From Eledone cirrhosa (lineage: Eukaryota), in NCBI GenBank assembly GCA_964016885.1, contig OZ024744.1:100688001-100752000 (forward strand): DNA of 64,000 bases, given 5' to 3'. The translations under genes were made by a program, and so were the position numbers. The notes beneath the pieces are model-generated. The model saw nothing but the letters and a program-made list of their open reading frames with translations. It did not search any database and was not told the DNA's origin. Position 1 is the first letter of the stretch, and each line of letters begins with the position of its first letter. Positions 41,179 through 54,739 of this stretch are shown here, in pieces.

Positions 41179-42147
41179 ATGATGGAGGAAGAACCAATGT
41201 CAGTACTTTATTTATTGACCTCGAAACAATATAAGGTAAAGTTGATCTCAGTAGGATTTTAACGCATGGAATAATGATGGAAGACTTTTAGATAAATATA
41301 AACACTTTAAAACAGTTGTGTATCGTAGAACCAGGGGTGGTTTCTGGTGGTTTGCTATCAAAGCAGTTAAAAAGACTAAAATAAGCAATCTCAAAACTAA
41401 AATAATTCCATCCATTTGATGAAGGGATTTAATCCTGAAATATAAAGATCCTTAAAGAACTTCAAAGTGACACCCTAACATCATTGTTTTATTTTAAACA
41501 TTTGCCGTTCATTCACATTGTGGTAGCTTTCAAACAAAACATTATTTTCTACACTTTACATAATGTTGCAAGCAAACTACAACTTTGAAAATTGTATTAA
41601 ATATGTTGGTGCCACTAAAAGATGTGCTTGGTATACAACATGGGGTAGGTGATATTTTAACCAGTAACAACCACATAGGATATAAAGGACTTTTCAGTCA
41701 AGTTAACAAGCTGACAACAGCCAGGATAAAATGCACCCAGTACACTCTGTAAAGAGGTTGGTGATATAAGAAGAGCATCCAGCCATAGAAACCATGGCAG
41801 ACAAAAATGTTGAGAGGACTCTTCGGTTGTGCCTTGGGCACGAAAACCTCTCTAGAGTTTGTGCCACAATAAATTGCACCCAGTAACCTCTGCAAATTGG
41901 TTTGTAATAGGAAGAACATGCAGCTATAACAACCTTGACAAAACCAGAATATATGTGAGATGTGGCCCTTAACCAATCTAGACATAGCGTAGTTCTGATT
42001 AAGTATTAAGTACTGACTTTGTAAAGACCTATCAAACCCTTGTCACTCTGGTTAAACAGACTTTAAATGATGATACTCTGTTTGATTGTTGAATATGATT
42101 TGTTATATTAATTTCTCATTAATTTTCCAATGAAATTATTTTACCAG

Positions 42148-42219
42148 GCCACTGCTGAAGCTAATAATTTAGCTGCAGTCTCATCATCGCGTAATGAATA
42201 TATTAAAGCAATGGAAGAG
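42148..42219 (+). CDS. ATL: Atlastin exon 10
   Basis: CCAG acceptor, GTAAGC donor, 72 nt; ATAEANNLAAVSSSRNEYIKAMEE. Confidence 0.95.
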
Positions 42220-43229
42220 GTAAGCTGTTTTTATATGTATGCTTGTTTGCAACCTTTTATCTATGGAACCTTCTTTTCCTGCATATTTTTCTGTCTTTAT
42301 GTGTTTTGCATGTAATATTTCAACCATGAGTAATATTTCTCTGAGTAGAAATAATTGTTTATACTTTTGGCACAAGGCCAGCAATTATCCCAGTGTATTA
42401 CTGGTACTTTATTTTATCGACCCCGTAAGGATCAAAGGCAAAGTTAACCTTGGCGGGATTTGAACTCAGACTGTAAAGGGACGTAACTCTATGCTACAAA
42501 GCATGGTGTCCGACCCTCTTCTGATACTACCCTTACCCTAACCATAACCCTCTGAGTAGAAATAATACAAAAAGTTGTTTTAAAAAAACATGTAACAATA
42601 ACATTGGAACTACTTTACATGTGCGTTTAATGCATGCGTGTTGTGTCTAGTGTCTTTGGTGTAGGAATACAACATAGCCCTTCTTGTCCTCTTTAAACCC
42701 CAATCTGCTCTCAACACATGTAAACACTTCTTAGTGCAGTATAAGTAATAAAAAAAAAATTATTAACTACAACTGTCCCTCACTTATTAATCTTTTTGTG
42801 GTGTTTAAACGTCTAAAGTTTGTCTCAAGTCAGAAGGCTTGTCAGGCCGTTGTGCTTATCTCGGTTTCATGGTGTAAAGCAACTGAGAGTACAACACTTC
42901 TCCTGGATAGAATGCCAGTCCACTGCAGAGTTAAACCCCCACCACCACTAGCTGTTGCTGGTAATCATTTTCAGCTGAGTATAGTGGAACAATGTGAAAT
43001 GAAGTGTTTTGCTCAAGAACACAACACACAACTCAGTCCAGGAATTGAACCTACAATGTTATGATCATAAGTCAAACAACCTTACCACTAGGCCACACAC
43101 CTCCACTTTTCCTGCTGGCTGCAGTAAAACAACAACAACAGGGAACCAGTTGTCAATGTTTGTCAACAAGAATTAAACATTTATTTTAATTCAATGTGTA
43201 GACAGAAAGACATGTTTAAAAACTTAAAC

Positions 43230-43341
43230 CATCATCATCACCATCACCATCATCATCATCATCATCATCATCACTATAACCATCATCATCGCCATCACTA
43301 TCATCACCACCACCATCATCATCATCATCATCACCACCACT

Positions 43342-43388
<47 letters not shown>

Positions 43389-43391
43389 TAC

Positions 43392-43423
<32 letters not shown>

Positions 43424-43454
43424 CCATCACCATCATCATCATCATTACCACCAC

Positions 43455-43493
<39 letters not shown>

Positions 43494-43496
43494 TAC

Positions 43497-43528
<32 letters not shown>

Positions 43529-43559
43529 CCATCACCATCATCATCATCATTACCACCAC

Positions 43560-43598
<39 letters not shown>

Positions 43599-43601
43599 TA
43601 C

Positions 43602-43633
<32 letters not shown>

Positions 43634-43658
43634 CCATCACCATCATCATCATCATTAC

Positions 43659-43690
<32 letters not shown>

Positions 43691-43715
43691 CCACCATCAT
43701 CATCATCATCATTAC

Positions 43716-43759
<44 letters not shown>

Positions 43760-43818
43760 ACGCCGTCGTCATCATCATCATCACCATCACTATCATCATC
43801 ATTATCATCATCACACCG

Positions 43819-43851
<33 letters not shown>

Positions 43852-43861
43852 TCATCACCGT

Positions 43862-43896
<35 letters not shown>

Positions 43897-43970
43897 CCAT
43901 CCTCACCACCACCACCATCACCATCATCATCATCATCATCGTTATCATCATTATCATTATCATCATCACA
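43230..43970. repeat. (CAT/CAC)n microsatellite, ~740 bp
   Basis: Read directly. Confidence 0.97.
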
Positions 43971-44283
43971 TCACCACTGCTGCCACCTATTATAGAATTC
44001 CCTCCCCCCCCCCCAAAAAAAAAACAAAGAAAAGACACCAATTACAGATATATTCATTCTAGGTAAAACATATGAAGCTTCCGACTCTGACATTAAACAG
44101 CGAAAGGCTATGAATAGTATAAGTGATGTTTTCAACACAGTCATACAGTGAAGGATGCATCAACATTCAGTTGAAACTTGCTTCAACTGTGGAGGAAAAC
44201 ATGTCATTGGAAAGATTGCCATGAATTTGGTTCAGTTTACAACAGATACAGTTTGACTAACAAGATTTAAGTAGGAGCTAAGG

Positions 44284-45170
44284 TCAAGGTCACTATACCA
44301 ACAGCATACTACATGAAAGTCACCATACCAATAACATACTATGTCAAGGTCACCATACCAATGACACATTAAGTCAAGGTCACCATACTAACAGCACACC
44401 AAGTCAAGGTCATCATACCAACAGCATACTACATGAAAGTCACCATACCAAGAACATACTATGTCAAGGTCACCATACCAATGGCACATTCAGTCAAGGT
44501 CACCATACTAACAGCACACCGAGTCAAGGTCATCATACCAACAGCACACCAAGTGAAGGTCACCATACCATGTCACGGTCATCATACCAACAGCACACTA
44601 CATGAAGATCACCATACCAATGCCACATTAAGTCAAGGTCACCATACCAACAGCACACTACATGAAGGTCACCATACCAACAGTATACTATGTCAAGGTG
44701 ACCATACCATCAGTACACTACACGAAGGTCACCATACCAATAACATGCCAAGGTCACCATACCAACAGAATACTATGTCAAGGTCACCATACCAACAGCA
44801 CACTACATGAATATCACCATGCCAATAGCACATTAAGTCAAGGTCACCATACCACCAACATACCTTGTCAAGGTCACCATACTACCAACACACCTTGTCA
44901 AGGTCACCATACCATCAGCATGCTAAGTTAAGGCCACCATACCAACAGCACACCATGTCGAGGTCACCATACCAACAGCACATCATGTCATGGTCACCAT
45001 ACAATAACACATCATGTCAAGGTCACCATACCAACAGCACACCATGACATGCTCACCATACCAACAACACACCATGTCAAGGTTACCATACCAATAGCAT
45101 ATCTTATCATGGTCACCATACCAACAGTACATCTTGTCAAGGTCACCATTCCAACAGCTCACCATCAAGA
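44284..45170. repeat. ~30-bp degenerate minisatellite
   Basis: TCAAGGTCACCATACCAACAGCACAC-like units. Confidence 0.93.
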
Positions 45171-46610
45171 CACCACTATAGATGTCCCACTTATAATTTT
45201 TCATAGAAGAAAGCATTCTGTACAGACAAATGTTGTGTACAATACTTAACACTTCAAAGAGCAATTTGAGAACTTAACAGTCAGTAGCATCAAGACATCT
45301 TCTGTGTCAGAAGAAAGGAAAAGTCCTGGTCTCAGCCTAATATATGAGGTCATTAAAACTGGTTGGTAATATCTTTTCTAATAGTCACACCAGCTACTCA
45401 GGGTTTCAGTTCCTATCTTCACCCAATACCAAGTATTCAATCAGGAAGTCATGGGCAGCAACTGCAGAGGATATGCAAAGGGTGGATAGAAACGAAGCAA
45501 GCATGCTCTGTTGGATGTGTAATGTCAATGTGCGTGAACGGGAGAGAAGACTGTGCTGGTATGCACAGATGATGCACATGGAAGAGAGGATGACTGCTGG
45601 GTAAAGAAGTGCCAAGAAATCCCAGTGGAAGGAAGATGTAGTAGAGGAAGACCACGAAAAACATGGGCAGAGGTGGTGAGAGCGGACCTCAGATTGCTAA
45701 AGCTCACGGAGGAGATGATGAAGGACCGTGATGAGTGGAGAGATGCTGTGCTGAATAGGACCTGTCCCACCCGTGCAAGGAGGGAAAAACGGACGTAAAA
45801 TGATGATGATGATGAAGTTGGAGTGATTTCTATCAAAGAAGAAAGCTTACTTCACAACTAGAATTGTGTGTAAGATTTTAAAGCTTGTTCTAATAATCTG
45901 GCTTATCAACTATTGAACCATTTAGGAACTTCATCTAAGAATGAATGAAGATTTTAAAATATTTTTTGTGGGGAGGTTTCCTCTCTTTACAATTTTATTT
46001 TAAATCCAGGATTCCAGCAACTCTTAAATGCTGGTAGAAAATATAATGAGGTGCTCTGAGATATTTCTCAAATAATCAGAACTTGTACTCATTGGATGTG
46101 CAATGTCAATGTGAGAGAAAGGCTGAGCTTGGATGAACTGTAGGAGAAACTGGGTTTAAGAAACATCTGAAGAGAAGACTGCATTGGTACAGACATGTGA
46201 TGTGCAGGGATGGTGATTGCTGGAGGGAAGAAATCCCAATGGAAGAAAGCTGCAGCAGAGGCAAACTGAGGAAGACTTGGGCAGAGGTGGTGAGAACTGA
46301 CCTCAAATCGCTGAGATTTACACAGGAGATGATGAAGGAACGCAGTGTGTTGAGAGATGTGCTGAGAAGGACCCCTCCAACTCATGCAATCATGGAAAAT
46401 CATGGAAAAACATGGAAAAACAATGATCGTGGTGATGATGATGATAAAGATGAAAATCTGAAAATTGAAACATTCTCTTCATTTCAAATAAAAGTTTAAT
46501 TAAAACCCATAATATTGTTCATCGATAACTATTTTTATAAAAAGAGCTTTTACAGATGTTTTTTATGTATGGTTGATTGATTTATATTTTTCTGTTCTCC
46601 TTATTAACAG

Positions 46611-47042
46611 GCTATTGGAGGTGATTGCCCTTATTTACATCCTGACCGGTTAAAGTTTGAACATAAAAAGAACAAGGAGAAAGCCATGCATCACTTTCAT
46701 ATAACTCGCAAAATGGGTGGACCTGAGTTCAGTCGAAGTTATGAGCAGAAGCTCCTGGCAGAATTAGAAGAAGCATATGAAAACTTCTGCAAAAACAATG
46801 AGAGCAAAAATTTCTTTAGTTCAGCACGTACACCCACTGTATTAACTGTAATGGTAATCTTCTGCTACTTGCTAGCTGCTCTCTTTGCAGTTGTTGGAAT
46901 GTCTGGAGTGGGCTTTATCTTCAATATTATCATGTGGGTTTTGCTTGTAATGATTATGACTGTTATGTACATTCGGTATTGTGGCGTATTACTCAGTATC
47001 GGTCACCAAATAGACCGGCTGACCAATTTTATTTGGGAAAAG
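46611..47042 (+). CDS. ATL: Atlastin exon 11 (three-helix bundle and two TM segments)
   Basis: 432 nt; AIGGDCPYLHP...KMGGPEFS...NESKNFFSSARTP, two hydrophobic segments, then YIRYCG...IDRLTNFIWEK; GTAAGT donor. Confidence 0.95.
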
Positions 47043-49169
47043 GTAAGTTATATTTTTTTTTTTTAAATGTTTGTTTTCATTTTATGTGATATATATGTTT
47101 ATAGAGTTGTAATGTGTTCTGTCTTCCTTTCTGTTTTACCAGATATTAACCCTTTAGCATTTAAACTGGCCGTATCCGGTCAGAATTCTCTCATCTCTTT
47201 CTGTTCAAACTGGTTGTAACCAGTTGCTCATATTAATGTTAAGGTATTGTTCTGAAAGTAAAAAACATCAAAATCTCATAGCTTCGATATTATGTGAGAT
47301 AAAGCTTTTACTGCGGAAATACAATAGTAAATATAGAGTAATGTAAATACTAAAGGGTTAAAGTGGTTTCTGTAAATAATAATTTGCATAAAAAGAGACA
47401 TTTGCCCAAGGTTCTGCATGTGTGATCAAATCCAGAATCACATGGTTGTGAAGCAAACCTCTTAACCACACAGCTACTTACTCATGGCTGTATCTATTCT
47501 TCCCTTTCAAGGTCAGAATATGCTTCAGCTTCCAACAGTTACTAACCCTGTACAAAGCTCAATTAAAAACCAAAAATGGAATACTGCTCCTACATCTTGT
47601 ACTTTGCTACTGTTACAAACGCACACACACGTACAAGCACCCTAGACTGTATCCAAAGGCCACCCAACTGATTTTTATGGAGTTGCTCACCAACATGCTC
47701 CAGCCCCTAGCCCACAGATATGTTATCTGCTCACTCAGTTTTTCTACCACTGCAGTGACCTCTACCCCAACCAGGTAGTATCTTAACATCCCTTTAGCTG
47801 AGTTCACCACATCCATTAACTTTGTAGCTGATATTGTCATCAGATCTTTTGACTAAGATGGGCTGTTGTGGTTTAGCATATGGACTTCTACAAAGACAAG
47901 TCCACATCAGAAACTACCCAACACAACCAGAAATCCATCCCCATACTACATACATCAAAGACACCAACCTTAACATTACCCTTTTTTCTTACATCACTGA
48001 ACCCTTTAAACATCTCTTCACAATGATTGTTAAATCATTTTACAACATACCCCATTATTGTTTCTACTTTTGGCACAAGGCCAGTGATTACCCCAGTGCA
48101 TTACTGGTACTTTATTTTATCGACTCCGTAAAGATAAAAGGCAAAGTTAACCTCGGCGGGATTTGAACCCAGAACGTAAAGGGCCGTAACTCTATGCTAC
48201 AAAGCATGGTGTCTGACACTCTACCGATACTGCCAATCCACCCCATAATGACACTCTTTCAGCTCTTAAGGGTTTTTACTTTACTGAGCCCTACACAAAA
48301 CCAGCACCTCATACACTTCTCCACATGACATTAATCACACTGTAAACTGCTTCTCCTATGATTTTACCAATAAATGATAAAGCCTTGAATTCCATGATCA
48401 ACCCTAAATATGCCAAATTATTTGTAAGCTCCGTTGAGACCCAAATTTTCACCCATTTTACTGTGCTGGCTCCTAAACCTTAAAGCTATTACTACATTGA
48501 AGATTATTGGTACCACTTCACCCAGGAGAGACCAACTAATCCTCTTCATCTCTTAATTCAAAATTCCTTCATATTAAAATTAATTTCCATTATGGTGGAT
48601 TGGCAGTATCGGTAGAGGGTCGGATGCCATGCTTTCTAGCATAGTTACATCCCTTTACGATCTGAGTTCAAATCCCGCCGAGGTTGACTTTGCCTTTCAT
48701 CCTTACGGGGTCGATAAAATAAAGTACCAGTAATGCACTGGGTAATTGCTGGCCTTGTGTCTAAAGTAGAAACAATTATTTCTAAAACCACTATCAAATT
48801 CCTAAACATTTCTTCCTTAACCCTTTAGTATTTACATTACTCTATATATATATTATTGTATTTTCATGGTAAAGGCTTTACCTCCCATAATATCTCACAT
48901 AATACCGAATCTTGATATTATTTATTTTGAGAACAATACTTTAACATCAGTATGAGTGACTGGTTACAGCTGGTTTGAACAGAAAGAGGTGAGAGAATTC
49001 TGGCCGGATACGGCTGGTTTAAATGCTAAAGGGTTAATCTTCATCATTTTTATCACCTATTTCTGTCTATCCTTATTCATTTCTTTAACTCTTCTTTATA
49101 GATCACATATCAAACATGTCTCCTTTTCACAATTTATCTGCTTCTACCACTTCTGCGACCTCTGCCACC

Positions 49170-52100
49170 TCACCATCATTATCATCATTTTATACCTGCT
49201 TTTCCTTGCTTGGGTTGGACACCTCTTCTCCATTACCGCCTGTCTCCACTTATTATGTTCCTTTGTCAACTCTTTTGTGAGGTTCAGTGCTTTAAGATTA
49301 GCTTTCATCCCCTCTGTCCAAGTCTTCTTCTACTGCAGCTTCCTTCCACTGGCATCTCCTGGCCTTCTTCATCAATAATTATCATCCATGCACACTAGGC
49401 TGCCCGCACGGTGAAATGTAACGTACTAATTGCTATTTCTTCACTCTTCTCTCCATTTTTTTATTCCCTAGTCCATTCATCTAACTGTATCATTTCGCCC
49501 AAAATCCAATCTTTGCTTTTCTATTAGATAATTCTATCGTATTTTTCAAAACAAATCTTGTATTTCAAAACAAATCTTGTATTTTTTATGCTTGTTAAAT
49601 TATGCCCAAAATACGGGGATCTTATTTAAACCTTAACTTTCTCGCTAACTACCCCATATCCCTCCCACCCGCCCCCATGCACCACCATTATTACGTGGGC
49701 CAATCATAAGTCAGCGGCCTATACTATCACTTACCTGGTTGCCTTTCGATATGATGGATGGACTACGGAATTCTGGAGAGTTTGAAAAAACAAAATCTGG
49801 ACACTCAGTGACAATGCCAAAGATAAAGACAAATTCACCTCATGCTGCCGGACGAGAATGCAAGGACTCCTCTTTATTTCGGCCGCGGATGGCTATCATA
49901 ACCCCATCTACCTCACCTCACCCCACCCACCCTGTGCCCCACCGTTCCCACCCTCCAAACGCAATCCAAAACTTCAGAGTTGGTACCATGAATGTAGGTA
50001 CCTTAAAAGGTCGCTTTAACGAAGTTGTAGAAATGCTTGAACGTAAGGAGGTCGATGTTTGCTGTATTCAAGAGACCAGGTGGAGGGGTGGGTCTGCTAG
50101 ATTCATTGTGGGTAAAGAACGATGTTATAAGCTTTTCTGGGTGGGAAATGACAATGGGCTGGGTGGAGTAGGAATCATGGTAGCAGAAAAGTGGACAGAT
50201 AAGATAATAGACGTAAATAGTGTGAACGACAGAATAATTAAAATAAGACTTGTCCTCAATAGAACTACTGTGACAATAATATCTGCATATGCACCACAAT
50301 CCGGATTGCCTGGCGTTATAAAAGACAGATTCTATGAGACGTTAATGCTCACTACCTCCCAAATAACCGACAGTGACAACAAAGTTATCGCTGGCGACCT
50401 AAATGGTCATGTTGGACAACATTGTGACGGCTATGACGGAATCCATGGAGGCTATGGGTTTGGTACTAGAAATGAGGAAGGCTCCAGAATCCTGGAATTC
50501 TGTGATGCAAATAACCTAACTATCTGTAACACTAACTTCAAAAAATGAGACAATCACTTGATCACCTATAGATCAGGGAAACACACCAGCCAGGTAGATT
50601 ATATCCTTACCAGAAGACGTGACAGAGTGTCTGGTGTAAACTAAACCCCTCCCCCATGAAGAAGGCACCTCTCAACATAGACTCATAATTAGCGACCTCA
50701 TAGTCAGGACGAGACGTACTCGACAACAGAAGAGGACTATCCTCAGGAGAAAAATATGGAAGTTAAAGGACCCCACAGCCAGTAATAAATTTAAAAGCAT
50801 ATTACTTGATGCTTTTGATAGTAAGGAAGAGCAATTAGAGTCGTACAATATAGAGGAACAGTGGGAATTCCTGAAAGCTAACCTGCTGAAGGCGACAGAT
50901 GAAACCTGTGGCTGGAGCAGACCTATAGGCAGGAGGAGAGTAAGGTGGTGGTGGAACAGTAAGGTGGAGGGGTCAATCAAGGCCAAAAAGCAGGCTTGGA
51001 AAGCATGGCGGGATGGGGGAAGTAGAGAAGACTATCAAGTGGCCAGGAGGGAAGCTAGGAGACAAGTGTACTTCGCAAGAAGGGAAGCAGAGGAAAGAAA
51101 GTTCAAGCATGTTCTATAACGCGAGGACCAAAAACGTGAGGTGTTCAGGATTGCTAGGCAATGTGTCAAGGAAAACCGTGATATTGTCGGGGAGAAGTAT
51201 GTCCTTAATGATGATGGTGTACTTGCCATCACTGACGCTGATAAGAAGGTAGCTTGGAAGTGTCACTACGAAAGGCTACTAAATGAGGAGAATAATTGGG
51301 AAAAAGACAGTCTCCTCCACATCGATCCAATAGAGGGACCAGCAGTGCAAGTTGAAGGTAGTATAATAAGTAAGGCGATCAAAGATATGAAGACAGGCAA
51401 GGCGGCTGGGCCTTCAGAAATAGTTGCTGAGATGCTGAAAGCCTCCGGTACGGTGGGACACACCATGGTCACCCGGGTAGTCAACCAAGTCATACAGAAT
51501 GGGGTTGTTCCGAAAGACTGGCGCAGCAGCTGGATCATTAACTGCAACAAGGGTAAAGGAGATGCCCTAGATAGGGGAAACTATAGAGGCATTAAATTAA
51601 TCGACCAGGTCATGAAGGTCACGGAAAAAGTAATAGCGCAACTAATCAGAGAGAGAATTGATCTAGATGAAATGCAGTTCGGGTTTGTGTCGGGCAAAAG
51701 TACCACAGACGCTCTTTTCATTGTACGACAACTACAGGAGAAGTACCTAACTAAAAGTAAACCCCTATACTTAGCTTTTGTTCACTTGGAGAAAGCCTTT
51801 GACAGAGTACCCCGGTCGATTATCTGGTGGGCTCTTAGAAAACTAGGTGTTGACGAATGGCTTGTGAGAGCCATACAAGCCATGTATAAAGAAACAGTCA
51901 GCAAGGTTAGAATTAACAACGAATATAGTGAAGAGTTTAGCGTAAAAGTTGGTGTTCATCAGGGCTCCGTCCTTAGCCCCCTACTATTTATTATTGCCCT
52001 TCAGGCTATAACAGAGGAGTTCAAGACCGGCTGCCCATGGGAACTTCTATATGCAGATGATCTAACGCTCATAGCTGAATCAATGGCTGAACTAGAGAAG

Positions 52101-54708
52101 AAATTCCAAACATGGAAGCATGGCCTAGAATCAAAAGGCCTTAAAATTAACCTGTCTAAGACTAAAGTTCTAGTTTGTAGGAAGGAAAATAGGGCACTGG
52201 TCCCATCTGGGAAATGGCCATGCTCAGTGTGTAGGAAAGGAGTAGGCAGAAACTCCATTTTATGTCCCAAATGCAAAGTATGGGTGCATAAAAGATGTAG
52301 TGGGATCACAGGTAAGCTAACTAAGAATATAGATTTTATATGTGGCCAGTGCTCAGGTGCAATAAGTAGCAGCAAGTGCCCACAGAATACTAACTCATTC
52401 CATCGCACAGATGGTTCTATAGAAATAGTGGACACCTTCCGTTACCTGGGTGACAAAATCAGCAGTGGTGGAGAGTGCTTTGGAAGTACAGTAGCTAGAG
52501 ACAGAATGGGATGGAAAAAGTTCAGAGAGCTTATACCACTATTGGCCGCTAAAGGGTTCTCTCTAAAAATGAAAGGCAGGCTGTATGATGCCTGCATACG
52601 AACAGCGATGTTACATGGCAGTGAGACATGGGCCTTGTGTGCAGAGGATCTATGCAGACTGGAGAGTAACGAAGCTTGCATGCTCCGTTGGATGTGTAAT
52701 AGTAATATACGTGAATGGCAAAGCATAAATGAACTAAGGGAGAAATTAGGAATAAGAGGGATCAGATGTTGTTTACTCGAGAGAAGACTACGTTGGTATG
52801 GTCACGTGATGCGCATGAAAGACGACGGTTGTATAAAAAAGTGCAGGGCGATAAAAAAGACGGTAGCCACAGAGTAGGCAGACCCAGAAAAATCTGGGAC
52901 GACTTGATAAATTCCGACCTCACACACTTACACCTCTCCAAGACAATGTTACTGGACCGAGATCTTTGGCGCTACGTAGTAATACAGAAGACCCGCCTTG
53001 CCTAAGTACAAAGCGAAACCTACAGTCAGTAGGCACCTCTAACAAAAATACACCCCCACCCCATCCACACCGCCCCTTTCAATGTAAAGTTATGTTGGTA
53101 CCACAACATCCAGGCTGAAACAAATGAGATCATGTAGGTGTCACGACAAAAAAAACACACAGTCCACGCTGTAATGTGGCCGTGTAGGTAACACGGTAAA
53201 AACCTCCCAGTCCACACTGTAAACGTGGTTGGTGTTAGGAAGGGCATCCAGCCGTAGAAAACCCGCCAGACATATAACCAATCTTGCCTCAAGTGGGAAA
53301 ACTCCCGTCCAAACCCATGCAAGCGTGGAAGATGGACGTTAAACGATGATGATGATGATGATGATGCACATTGCATATCCATATAAATGCAATATTCTCC
53401 CCTACACACCTCATTTGATTCCTCTTATATCTAGTTTTTCTCTCAATTCATCCATACCATGTTATTCATTAGACATCCAATGGAAAATGTTCACTTCATT
53501 TCTCTCCAGCTTCTGTATATCCTCTACATTTACTGCCCATGTCTCACCCTCATGCAACATCACACTTCTCATGCAGGCAGCATCATACAAGTTCTCCTAT
53601 GGTTGGAGACAAACTCTTCGTTGTCAGCAGAGGTAGTAGCTCCCTCATCTTTCCTCACCTTGTTCTTGTTCTAGCTACTATACTTTCAGAGCAACCTCTT
53701 CCATTGCTAATTAGATCACCTAGGTAACAGAAGCTCACTGGTGGTTTTACTACTAACTATTCCTGTGTATCTGCCACATACAAAGTCTGCTTTCCCTATA
53801 ATTCCACTATACTTTCTGTGAACCCATATGTTACATTGTGTACATCATACAGAGTTTCTACATACTCCTTTTTTCTACATATTGAACATTGCTCCTTCCC
53901 TCTACACATAGCTTACACTGGTTTCAGAACCAACTCATCTATACCCAGTTTCCTTAACCCTTTAGCATTTACATTATTCTACATTTACTATTGTATTTTT
54001 ACAGTAAAGTCTTTACCTCACATAATATCGAATCTATGAGATTTTGAAATTATTTATTTTGAGAACAATACCTTAATATCAGTATGAGTTGCCAGTTAAA
54101 GTCAGTTTGAACAGAAAGAGGTTAGAGAGTTCTGGCCAGATATGGCCAGTTTAAATGCTAAAGGATTAAGGACTACCAGATAACACATTGTGGTAGTTTG
54201 CCAAAGGCCTTCTCCAGATCAATAAATGCTGGATATTGTGGCTTATTCTTAGTTAGGAACTTCTTGTAGTTGTTTTACTAAGAAGATTAGAGATGTGAAG
54301 TGATCTGCATCATTAAGCAGTGTGTTAGCGTGAATCAAGACGTCATTGGGAAAAGTGTGTTTGGTATGACACAGATGACTAGTTTGAGTTTTACTTTACC
54401 AGATAATTTTAGCATCTCAGAAACTATCTCTGGTGTTCCAGCAGCTTTACCATTATTCATCTCCTTGATTGCTTCCTTGACTTTATAACTGTTAGCTTTG
54501 ATAGTTGGTCCCTCTGTTGGGTAAGTTAGGAGTAGTCTCTCTTACTCCCACTCATTCTTCACATCAACTTCTCAGAGTAGGATTTCCGAGTTTCTTTCTT
54601 CTGAGCATCAGTGAGGTTAATTATATTGGAGTCCTTCTGAACACATTTCTCCACAACATCCTCAAATCGTTTCCTATTATCATCACCATCGTTGTCATTA
54701 TTATTATT

Positions 54709-54739
<31 letters not shown>

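Noticed and set aside
43194-44066. Poly-His 290-aa ORF
   Set aside because: Translation of a (CAT)n microsatellite.
50546-50548. In-frame TGA in the RTE as selenocysteine or readthrough
   Set aside because: The copy has another stop, frameshifts and a catalytic-site mutation; simple decay explains it.
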